DNA of 24,000 nucleotides from Bacillota bacterium (GTDB lineage Bacteria; Bacillota; JADQBR01): NCBI GenBank assembly GCA_016278515.1, contig JADQBR010000112.1, positions 1 to 24,000 of the forward strand, read 5' to 3'. Shown piece by piece: positions 5,653 to 12,933 of this stretch (position 1 is its first letter; each line of letters starts with the position of its first letter). The notes under the pieces were generated by a model. It saw only the letters and a program-made list of their open reading frames with translations, ran no database searches and was not told where the DNA came from. The position numbers and the translations under genes were made by a program.

Positions 5653-7662
5653 ATAATAGATGCTCTAGGGAACAAAATCAGTACAATTGGTTATGACGTA
5701 TTAAATAATCCAATTACAGAAAAAGACGCGTTGGGAAATGCTATTACCAAAGATTACGACTTTCTGAACCGACTTGTTAAAATTACTGATGCTGCAGGAC
5801 ATATTACTAGTTATCAATATGATGAATTAAACAGACCATTAAGCACTATAGATGCGTTGGGAGGGAGTAGCAGTCAGCAGTTTGATCAGGACGGTAATCG
5901 CGTAGCTTTAATTGATTCCAATAATAACCGAATTGATTTTACTTTTGACGGTGTAGGGCGGTTAACATCCAACACTACCGTTAATGCTTACTCCAAAGAT
6001 TTTGTATATAATTCGCAGGGGCTTGTTGAAAGATCTATTAACGGCCGTGGGCAGGAAATAACTTATCAATACGATGAAGCGGGTCGGCTTGTTAACGTTA
6101 TAGATCCTTTAGGTACGGTTTCGTATACTTACGATGCTAATGGAAATATTCTAAGCGTTAGTTATAACTCCGAAATTTCATCTAGAGAGTATGATGCACT
6201 TAACCGGCTAACCAAATATACTGATATAAATGGTGATATTATTCAATTTGCTTATGATGAACTAGACAACTTAATCACTTTGACTTATCCTGGGGGTAAA
6301 CAAGTTCACTATGGCTATGATTCGGCTAACCGCTTAACAAGTGTTACCGATTGGGCAGGCCGTACAACTACTTATGAATATAATGCTAACGGAACTTTGG
6401 TTAAAGTGCTGCGTCCAGATGGGACGATATTAACCCGAAACTATGATTCAGCTGGTAAGATGATTGAGCAAATCGATGTGGATCCATATGGCAATAAAAT
6501 AAACCAATTCACCTATTCTTATAATTCAGTAGGAAATATTGTATATGAAAGTTCTAGTGCCTCGCAGCAATTGGATTTACTAGATTCAAATATGTCATAT
6601 GGCAGAGATAATCTTGTGATAAACTACAATAGTCAAGACATCAGTAATGATGCAGACGGAAATATGATATTCGGTCCCTTGGCACACAATATGGAGACTT
6701 ACTCATGGGATGCACATAATCGCCTAATCAGTGTAGGAGACACTAGTTATACTTATGATGCTGAAGATAATAGAGTTAGTGTAACTGACAGCGTCTACCA
6801 AACACAGTACGTGATTAACCCTAACGCTACCCTCAGTCAAGTGTTGATTAAGACTGACATGCTAAACAATAGCCAAACATTTTATGTTTATGGCCTAGGA
6901 CTAATTGGACAAGAAAATCCCGATGGCAGTTACCAAACATACCATTATGATTTACGGGGCAGTACGGTCGCTTTAACCGACGAAAATGGCAATGTGACGG
7001 ATCGCTTTTATTACGGACCTTACGGTGAATTACTGAGCCGTGACGGCGTAACCTCCACACCTTTTCTATATAACGGGCAGGATGGTGTAATGACTGATGC
7101 AAACGGACTTTATTATATGCGGGCCAGGTATTATAATCCTGAGATCAAACGGTTTGTAAGCCAGGACATTATGCTTGGTAATGTTCAGGATATAGGCAGT
7201 CTAAATCGTTATGCTTATGTTAAGGGACAGCCAATTTCGCTTATTGATCCGCTGGGACTTTGGTATCGTGAAATTGGGCTTCAAGGAAGCGTAAATTGGT
7301 GGGTATTTCATGGATCAGCTCAAATCTCATTGGCTCAGGAAGATACTGGCGAATGGGGAGTATTTTCTGCAATTAGTACCGGCGGCGGTGCCGGGCTGGG
7401 AGCTTCAGGAGGTATCACTTTAGGTTATTCTCCCACTGGAAAACTTGAAGATATTGAAGGACTATCATCGACTACTGGTGGTTCGGTGAGCATGGGTTTG
7501 TCAGGTGGTTATGATATCCAGGTAACGGGCAAAGGGGTTGTAACTCATCAAATTAATGCAGGAATTGGTTTTCCAGCTCTAATTCCTGTACCGGCAGAAT
7601 TTCATACGGATGCAACATACACAACTCGATTAGGTAAGAAGCCTGTGAGTAGTCTTAAATAA
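5653..7662 (+). CDS. rhs segment 3: YD repeats, Rhs core end and C-terminal toxin domain
   Basis: Same frame as segment 2. The stretch 5653..5730 reads IIDALGNKISTIGYDVLNNPITEKDA without stops, so the TTG at 5731 is not a genuine start. Confidence 0.75.
   Translation: MIDALGNKISTIGYDVLNNPITEKDALGNAITKDYDFLNRLVKITDAAGHITSYQYDELNRPLSTIDALGGSSSQQFDQDGNRVALIDSNNNRIDFTFDGVGRLTSNTTVNAYSKDFVYNSQGLVERSINGRGQEITYQYDEAGRLVNVIDPLGTVSYTYDANGNILSVSYNSEISSREYDALNRLTKYTDINGDIIQFAYDELDNLITLTYPGGKQVHYGYDSANRLTSVTDWAGRTTTYEYNANGTLVKVLRPDGTILTRNYDSAGKMIEQIDVDPYGNKINQFTYSYNSVGNIVYESSSASQQLDLLDSNMSYGRDNLVINYNSQDISNDADGNMIFGPLAHNMETYSWDAHNRLISVGDTSYTYDAEDNRVSVTDSVYQTQYVINPNATLSQVLIKTDMLNNSQTFYVYGLGLIGQENPDGSYQTYHYDLRGSTVALTDENGNVTDRFYYGPYGELLSRDGVTSTPFLYNGQDGVMTDANGLYYMRARYYNPEIKRFVSQDIMLGNVQDIGSLNRYAYVKGQPISLIDPLGLWYREIGLQGSVNWWVFHGSAQISLAQEDTGEWGVFSAISTGGGAGLGASGGITLGYSPTGKLEDIEGLSSTTGGSVSMGLSGGYDIQVTGKGVVTHQINAGIGFPALIPVPAEFHTDATYTTRLGKKPVSSLK
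7264..7659 (+). other. Rhs C-terminal (CT) polymorphic toxin domain of unrecognised type, about 132 aa and Gly/Ser-rich
   Basis: It begins immediately after DPLGLW. Sequence: YREIGLQGSVNWWVFHGSAQISLAQEDTGEWGVFSAISTGGGAGLGASGGITLGYSPTG...GGSVSMGLSGGYDIQVTGKG...PAEFHTDATYTTRLGKKP. It has glycine-zipper-like GxxxG strings and alternating hydrophobic patterns. I can see no nuclease, deaminase or ART motif. Confidence 0.6.
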
Positions 7663-7695
7663 ATCTATTCCCAAACCATTAGGAGCGAGTAATTT

Positions 7696-8187
7696 ATGAA
7701 GAATAATAGTCAAAAAATACTTTTTTTAGAAAAACAATACCTGAGATATACCCATATAATGCTATTTGTTATACCTATGATGGTAATGGGAATATTTAGT
7801 TTAGTCAAATTTTCTGATTTAATGTCGGTTTTGATGTTCTCACCAGTTACTGTAATTGCACCATTTATAGTATTTACAGGAAATATAACAACTAAAGTTC
7901 AATCTGATGGAGTATATTACCGGTTCTTTCCATTACATTTATCGTACCGAAGAATTCCACCAGAAAGTATTAAGAATTTTTATATAAAGTCTTTTGATTC
8001 TATAAAAAGATTACGTTGGGAATGGTCAAGATCACATAAACATACTTTTAAACCAAAGGGTTATACATTCCAAGAATGGGGAAAAGGAATGATGATCGAA
8101 GTGAATAATGGTAGTGACATTTTGCTTGGAACAAAAAAGCCAAAGGAGTTTTTGGAGGCGCTTGAAAGTATAACTCAAAATGATTAA
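7696..8187 (+). CDS. Candidate cognate immunity protein: two TM helices plus a small soluble C-terminal domain
   Basis: The start is 33 nt after the rhs stop, with RBS AGGAG. The 163-aa protein has two hydrophobic helices (IMLFVIPMMVMGIFSLV and LMFSPVTVIAPFIVF) followed by YYRFFPLHLSYRRIPPESIK...MMIEVNNGSDILLGTKKPKEFLEAL. Its position directly downstream of an Rhs-CT is the canonical immunity slot. Confidence 0.55.
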   Translation: MKNNSQKILFLEKQYLRYTHIMLFVIPMMVMGIFSLVKFSDLMSVLMFSPVTVIAPFIVFTGNITTKVQSDGVYYRFFPLHLSYRRIPPESIKNFYIKSFDSIKRLRWEWSRSHKHTFKPKGYTFQEWGKGMMIEVNNGSDILLGTKKPKEFLEALESITQND

Positions 8188-8295
8188 TTACATTCATTCA
8201 AATTAATCTTGTCGTAAAGAGCATGATAAAGCGTGTGGAGAGCCCTAACAAGTCGTTGGAAATAGTACTTCCAAAAAATAAGGAGGGGAAAGTTA

Positions 8296-9753
8296 ATGAA
8301 ACTAAGAGTTTGTAAAATCATGACCTTTATGCTTTTATTTTTAATGGTAATCGCTTTACCAGCAAGTGGGGCAGTATATAATTACGATGCTTTGGGAAGG
8401 TTAACATCGGCTTCAGATGATTTTGGTAATGAGATAATTTACATTTATGATGCAGGGGGAAACTTAGTTAAGGCTGGCAAAGAGGATAAAATTCCACCTT
8501 TAGTAAGCGCAAGTGATCCCGATGATAATGCTATTGACGTCTCAGTAGATAAAATCATTAATATAACTTTCAGCGAACAATTATTACCGGCCGATGGCTT
8601 TATCAATATTACCTTAAAGGCTGGAAATAACCAATTCAATATTAATTCGGTTCTTACTAACAAAATTCTATCTATTGAACCGTTAGATAGCCTTGATTAT
8701 AGTACGTCATATACAGTATATATTCCGAATAATGCAGTGAAAGACCTATCGGGTAACATAATGATAAACGATTACAGTTTCAGTTTTTCAACCCAAGCAG
8801 ACACTTATCCTCCTATAGTAACAAGCACTGATCCAATAGATGCAGAAACAAATGTACCAATAGAAAAGAGTATTACCGTTATGTTTAACGAAAACGTTCA
8901 ACCTGGTAATAATTTTGAAGATATATCTTTACTAAACGGAAATTCGGTAATTTCGACAGTCTATAATATTAGCAACAATATACTTACTTTAGATCCAGCA
9001 GAGAACTTGGACTATAGCGTAACTTATTCAGTATATGTTCCCAAAGGTTCAGTAACGGATATTAAGGGCAATGGGCTTAATAAAAACTATACCTTTAACT
9101 TTACAACTAAAGAACCACCAGACACGACACCGCCAAGAATATTCAGTAACGATCCAATTGATGGCGCCGTGGATGTTTCCATAAATAAATCTATTTCTTT
9201 AACATTTGATGAAGATGTTCAGCAAGGAGTAAATTATAACAGCATATCTCTTAAGAATAACAACGTCATTGTTCCGACGATTAATTCAATAACCGGGAAT
9301 GTATTGACCATGAAACCAGAAAATAGCCTGGACTATAGCGTAACTTATTCAGCATATGTTCCGATCGGCTCGGTACAGGATCTTGCGGGGAATGGTTTTG
9401 ATAGTAATTATGATTTTAATTTCACTACCGAGGCAGATACTGTTCCACCAGCCATCATTAGTTCTGATCCGGTTGATGGTGCAAATGACGTTTCTACTAC
9501 CAAACTCATTACAGTCCAATTCAGTGAAAATATAATGCCAGGAGCTAATTTTAACGGTATCACCTTAAAAGAACGAAATAAAACAGTTAGTTGTGAGTTA
9601 ACGCTATCTAATGATACACTAGTTATCCAGCCTAATACTAGCTTGAAATCTAACACTCCTTATACCGTTACCATTCCAGTTGATTCACTGAAAGACGTTG
9701 CAGACAATGTTATTCCGACGGATTATATTTTTAGTTTCACAACAACTAAATAA
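8296..9753 (+). CDS. Secreted protein: signal peptide, two YD repeats and four tandem Ig-like (SbsA/Big-type) domains
   Basis: RBS AAGGAGGGG. Signal peptide MKLRVCKIMTFMLLFLMVIALPASGA. YD stub VYNYDALGRLTSASDDFGNEIIYIYDAGGNLV. Four modules of about 105 aa each start D(K/T)xPPx(V/I)xSxDPxDxAxxV and end (Y/F)xFxF(S/T)T. Confidence 0.8.
   Translation: MKLRVCKIMTFMLLFLMVIALPASGAVYNYDALGRLTSASDDFGNEIIYIYDAGGNLVKAGKEDKIPPLVSASDPDDNAIDVSVDKIINITFSEQLLPADGFINITLKAGNNQFNINSVLTNKILSIEPLDSLDYSTSYTVYIPNNAVKDLSGNIMINDYSFSFSTQADTYPPIVTSTDPIDAETNVPIEKSITVMFNENVQPGNNFEDISLLNGNSVISTVYNISNNILTLDPAENLDYSVTYSVYVPKGSVTDIKGNGLNKNYTFNFTTKEPPDTTPPRIFSNDPIDGAVDVSINKSISLTFDEDVQQGVNYNSISLKNNNVIVPTINSITGNVLTMKPENSLDYSVTYSAYVPIGSVQDLAGNGFDSNYDFNFTTEADTVPPAIISSDPVDGANDVSTTKLITVQFSENIMPGANFNGITLKERNKTVSCELTLSNDTLVIQPNTSLKSNTPYTVTIPVDSLKDVADNVIPTDYIFSFTTTK
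8485..9750 (+). repeat. Four tandem coding repeats of 315-321 bp (Ig-like domain modules)
   Basis: The modules start at 8485, 8800, 9121 and 9436. Modules 2 and 3 still share an identical 24-mer, TGGACTATAGCGTAACTTATTCAG, at 9008..9031 and 9329..9352 (offset 321 bp). Confidence 0.75.
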
Positions 9754-9781
9754 ATGTACAAATAACTTTTTAGATTTTTAG

Positions 9782-9812
9782 GGGTTGACTATTAGAGGTC
9801 AACCCTTTTTTT
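9782..9812 (+). terminator. Rho-independent terminator after the Ig-repeat gene
   Basis: GGGTTGAC-tattagag-GTCAACCC followed by T7. Confidence 0.85.
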
Positions 9813-9972
9813 ATATACAATTACCGTTATATTATGTATAGCACAAATCGTTGAAAAGGTAAAATAACCTTTTACCCAAAGAGTAGTGTTCGGTGAAACT
9901 ACTATTTCTAAGCGGCTAAATATATTAGCAAATAGGTATTAATAAACTTATATTTTGAGTAGGCTTTCTTAC

Positions 9973-10635
9973 CTACTTTTGTCCTTTTAACCAGTCAATT
10001 ATCCAATAATTTTTTCTAGGGTCGATAGGTAACAGATTTGTCAGTATCTCCTCAGCAGCCCTGTCGTTCCTTGAATCTTTGAAGTTCGCGAAATCCGCAG
10101 TCAATAATAGTTTCACCTCCGGCACTTTTTCAGTATGTCCATCAACAGAATTCAAAATATGGCCAATAGCAGCACCCCAAGCACTGCAAACCTTTCTTTC
10201 TGAAGCAACAAATTGAACACCTCTAGTTTCATTGAGCCATTTCACTGCCCTACTAAACCGATGGACCTGCGGCAGTATCGCCAGCTTCAAATCCGCATCA
10301 AATTCACCAAACTCTTCCGGTTCTATAGCACCAAAATCGGCAAGTACATACTGATATTTCCTTTCACGAACAGCACTTCGCATATCTTTAGTCCGACAAA
10401 CATCCAAACATGGCATCCAACGCACAGGCTGTTCACTAATTTCTAACCCTATAATATCCTCAATACTTGGTTCCCCAGCTTCAACATATAACGTCCTATA
10501 CTTTCGCCTCGCAATAAAACCCGCCAAAGTTAATGTTGATGTTGTCGTTCCGACTCCAGGGGCAGTGCCAGCCACTGCAATAGAGATTGGTCTTTGAGAA
10601 ATAGGCACCCTTTTTTCAATAATCTTCTCCTTCAC
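9973..10635 (-). CDS. Orphan ParA/MinD/BcsQ-like (SIMIBI-fold) protein with a deviant, lysine-less P-loop
   Basis: ISIAVAGTAPGVGTTTSTLTLAGFIA occupies the Walker-A position but lacks both the signature and the canonical Lys (GVGTTT instead of GVGKTT). The Walker-B-like strand YQYVLADFGA is present. I prefer the GTG at 10635, which is 7 nt after AAAGGAG, over the TTG at 10677 in the ORF track. Confidence 0.6.
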   Translation of the reverse strand: MKEKIIEKRVPISQRPISIAVAGTAPGVGTTTSTLTLAGFIARRKYRTLYVEAGEPSIEDIIGLEISEQPVRWMPCLDVCRTKDMRSAVRERKYQYVLADFGAIEPEEFGEFDADLKLAILPQVHRFSRAVKWLNETRGVQFVASERKVCSAWGAAIGHILNSVDGHTEKVPEVKLLLTADFANFKDSRNDRAAEEILTNLLPIDPRKNYWIIDWLKGQK

Positions 10636-10689
10636 CTGGACAACTCCTTTCGTTTCCGGAGATAACTCTGGATCCAACCATTTAGCAGC

Positions 10690-10830
10690 ATCCTCTAACT
10701 CTGCTGGCTCCCTTTCACCCCTGCACGAAAAGAAGCCACCGTCTACCGGTGGCCTCCGCTTTCATGCAGGGTGTCTGATTACCTCAAAGGAATGCAGCAC
10801 AGACTCACTGCGGTTTTAGCTTTAACATAA
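10690..10830 (-). promoter_or_regulatory. GC-rich structured 5' leader or unassigned RNA element upstream of the ParA-like gene
   Basis: Minus-strand RNA: CCCUGCAUG-AAAGCGGAG-GCCACCG-GUAGA-CGGUGGC-UUCUUUU-CGUGCAGGG. This is a 9-bp outer stem and a perfect 7-bp inner stem. It is flanked by GUCUG...CAGAC and CAGCA...UGCUG helices. Local GC content is clearly above the flanks. No U-tract follows, so it is not a terminator. Confidence 0.3.
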
Positions 10831-10860
10831 AAAAAATGCGGAACGGTTTTTGTTCGGCAT
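10829..10860 (-). terminator. Probable rho-independent terminator of the toxin-antitoxin operon
   Basis: Minus strand: AUGCCGAAC-aaaaacc-GUUCCGCAU (9-bp stem with one mismatch) followed by U8. It lies 60 nt downstream of the relE/parE-like stop. Confidence 0.5.
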
Positions 10861-10919
10861 TTCTTGCTTAACACATCCTAAAATAGCTCCAAGAAAGCTC
10901 ACTAGGTCTACTAACTGGG

Positions 10920-11201
10920 TTACAATTTTCGTTTTAAGTCTTTATAAATATTCCCACGGGTTCCAGCCATTTCAATGGTTACTGCCTGGCCTTCTTCGTC
11001 ATTTGTATAAATAATACGATAGCTAACGCCTTTAAAAGTAAAATCATAACTGAGATATCCTCGCAAATCGCCTTTAAGAGATTTTCCTTCATTGGGCTTT
11101 TCGGCGCAGCTTTCAATTTGGAAAACTAGTTCTTTTCTAATTTGCTTATCCAATTTTTTAATTTCTTTCAAAGCCGAACGTCTATACTTTATATCATGCA
11201 T
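10920..11201 (-). CDS. RelE/ParE-family type II toxin
   Basis: 93 aa. MHDIKYRRSALKEIKKLDKQIRKELVFQIE...KSLKGDLRGYLSYDFTFKGVSYRIIYTNDEEGQAVTIEMAGTRGNIYK has the typical RelE/ParE length and layout. The start is 3 nt after the stop of an AbrB-type antitoxin gene. Confidence 0.85.
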   Translation of the reverse strand: MHDIKYRRSALKEIKKLDKQIRKELVFQIESCAEKPNEGKSLKGDLRGYLSYDFTFKGVSYRIIYTNDEEGQAVTIEMAGTRGNIYKDLKRKL

Positions 11202-11204
11202 AAC

Positions 11205-11534
11205 TTAATCTAACTCCAAGTCTTTAAGAGCATCTGTATGGGAAACCGTATCTTCATTGCTGCGCTCATCTAATTCTTCAGCCAATACTTTCGACAACTG
11301 CCTCTTTTTTTCCGGAAGCATTCCTTGAATTTGTTTAGCGGAATATCCCTCCCGTTTTAAATCTTTAACTATTAATTCTTCAAGCTCATCTTCAAAAGAT
11401 ACCGATTTCAATTCAGCTTTTTCACCTTTGATCTCAACATAAACATAGTCCCGAACAGAAAGTTCCATTCTAATTTTCTTGGGTAATGTAATTTGACCTT
11501 TGGAACTTACCTTCAATTTTAATACTTCACCCAT
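11205..11534 (-). CDS. AbrB/MazE/SpoVT-domain antitoxin
   Basis: VLKLKVSSKGQITLPKKIRMELSVRDYVYVEIKGEKAELK is a swapped-hairpin SpoVT/AbrB motif, followed by an acidic C-terminal tail. I prefer the ATG at 11534 (after GAGGTGA) over the GTG at 11543. Confidence 0.8.
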   Translation of the reverse strand: MGEVLKLKVSSKGQITLPKKIRMELSVRDYVYVEIKGEKAELKSVSFEDELEELIVKDLKREGYSAKQIQGMLPEKKRQLSKVLAEELDERSNEDTVSHTDALKDLELD

Positions 11535-11552
11535 AAAAATCACCTCAGTTAT

Positions 11553-11590
11553 ATTATAACATAAAAAGTAAAAAGTAAAAATCTTTACAT
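11553..11590 (-). promoter_or_regulatory. Candidate TA promoter/operator: extended -10 TGtTATAAT and three tandem heptamers
   Basis: The minus strand reads TTTTTAC TTTTTAC TTTTTAT-GT-TATAAT. The TATAAT corresponds to 11553..11558, and TG lies one nt upstream. Confidence 0.4.
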
Positions 11591-11754
11591 TTGCATAGTT
11601 ATAATTCCACGGATCCGACTAAAAAGCAGAAAAGCATTAAAAAAGAAAGTAAGAAGCTGATTTATATATGAACTGCTCACCATGTTGGTAATTATTTATT
11701 TTATTAAAAAAACATAAAAACACATTTGGCCACGCTTCTTTGCGACCAAATATG

Positions 11755-12921
11755 TTATTCCTGCGGCATTCTTATTGTATTCTCATCTTCACTAAAGAAA
11801 GATCTTAAGGCAGAAAATACTTCATCCTTACTCTTAATGCTTACGGTTTTAAAATTCTCCCTGGGAATTTTTGAGTAAATATTCAGGAGAGTACTGCTGC
11901 GGTAATAGGGGTTTATTATTTCACCATAGCCAAAAAGATTTGAGCAGTCCAATAGTTTCTTCACCAATTGGATGCACTGCTCATTATCAGAAGGGAGATT
12001 ATCGCCATCTGAAAAGTGAAATGGATATAAATTGTACTCAGCAGTAGGATACTTACTTTCAATCAAATCTAAAGCCAATTTGTAAGCAGAGGAACATTTG
12101 GTACCACCGCTCTCCCCTTTAGTGAAAAACTCTTCTTCTGTCACTATTTTAGCTTGGGTATGATGAGCTATAAATATTATCTCTACGCTTTTGTATTTCG
12201 TTCTCAAAAAACGGACCATCCAAAAAAAGAAACTTCGAGCAATATATTTTTCAAAATTACCCATGGACCCTGATGTATCCATCATAGCTAACACTAATGC
12301 ATTGGATTGATGGCGATGCTTAATGTTCCAAGTTTTATACCTTAGATCATCAGAACCTATATCACCTATCCTACTGGCCCCATTCATGGAATTTCGCTTT
12401 AAATTCTCCAAAATAGTACGTTTTTTATCTAAATTCCCAGACAGTCCCTTTTTCCTTATATCATTAAATTGAAAACTCTCCACCTCTACTTGCTTACTTT
12501 GTTTCTCCTGCATATTAGGAAGTGTTAGCTCTTCAAATAATATATCTGAAATTTCTTCCACAGTCATTTCTACCTCATAATAGTCCTCTCCAGGCTGATC
12601 ACCAGGACCATTGCCCTTCACAGTGCCAGCCTCTTTACCCCCTTCTGACGCGATGACATCTCCAATTTCGCTCTCTCCATTCCCCTGTCCACCATGTTGA
12701 CTTCTTTCGTAATTGAAGCGAAAGCGATATTCCTCCAACGATCTAATAGGAATTTTAACGATCTTTTTTCCATTTGATAATATTATACCTTCTTCCGTAA
12801 CAATATCAGGAAGGTTATTTTTGATTGCTTCTTTTACTTTTTGCTGGTGCTTTTGTTGATCAAGATAACCTTGCCGGTGAAGTGACCAGTCATGACGTGA
12901 AATAAAATTTTTGTCCGACAT
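11755..12921 (-). CDS. yhbH: YhbH/YeaH family (DUF444) sporulation/stress protein
   Basis: The N-terminus SDKNFISRHDWSLHRQG, ...IKIPIRSLEEYRFRF..., the vWA-like MMDTSGSM motif and the C-terminal region are characteristic. It sits directly downstream of prkA, as in the conserved prkA-yhbH pair. I prefer the ATG at 12921 after GAGGTGG. Confidence 0.9.
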   Translation of the reverse strand: MSDKNFISRHDWSLHRQGYLDQQKHQQKVKEAIKNNLPDIVTEEGIILSNGKKIVKIPIRSLEEYRFRFNYERSQHGGQGNGESEIGDVIASEGGKEAGTVKGNGPGDQPGEDYYEVEMTVEEISDILFEELTLPNMQEKQSKQVEVESFQFNDIRKKGLSGNLDKKRTILENLKRNSMNGASRIGDIGSDDLRYKTWNIKHRHQSNALVLAMMDTSGSMGNFEKYIARSFFFWMVRFLRTKYKSVEIIFIAHHTQAKIVTEEEFFTKGESGGTKCSSAYKLALDLIESKYPTAEYNLYPFHFSDGDNLPSDNEQCIQLVKKLLDCSNLFGYGEIINPYYRSSTLLNIYSKIPRENFKTVSIKSKDEVFSALRSFFSEDENTIRMPQE

Positions 12922-12933
12922 TTGACCCACCTC

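Larger units (their letters stand above)
3561..7662 (+). pseudogene. WapA/Rhs-type secreted YD-repeat polymorphic toxin, about 1,367 codons, interrupted by one frameshift (near 5157..5166) and one in-frame TGA (5650..5652)
   Basis: It has a Sec signal peptide (MKKKFFIVSVLVFLIIACMSPIASA). An N-terminal domain of about 330 aa with unknown function follows. The Rhs-shell start motif DPVDSSSGAHIL...FKLRYNS...LGKGWEHNF comes next. Dozens of YD repeats (Y.YD..G.L..I.D..GN) then continue seamlessly across the three ORF-track pieces. The core-closing motif is YYMRARYYNPEIKRFVSQD...NRYAYVKGQPISLIDPLGLW. Confidence 0.85.

Noticed and set aside
6848-7102. 84-aa minus-strand ORF inside rhs
   Set aside because: It is embedded antisense in the strongly supported YD-repeat frame and has an Arg/His-rich artefactual composition.
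8445-9656. Minus-strand ORFs 8445..8663 and 9408..9656
   Set aside because: They are antisense to the Ig-repeat gene, whose frame is supported by a four-fold domain periodicity.
10213-10446. 77-aa plus-strand ORF
   Set aside because: It is antisense within the ParA-like gene and has no RBS.
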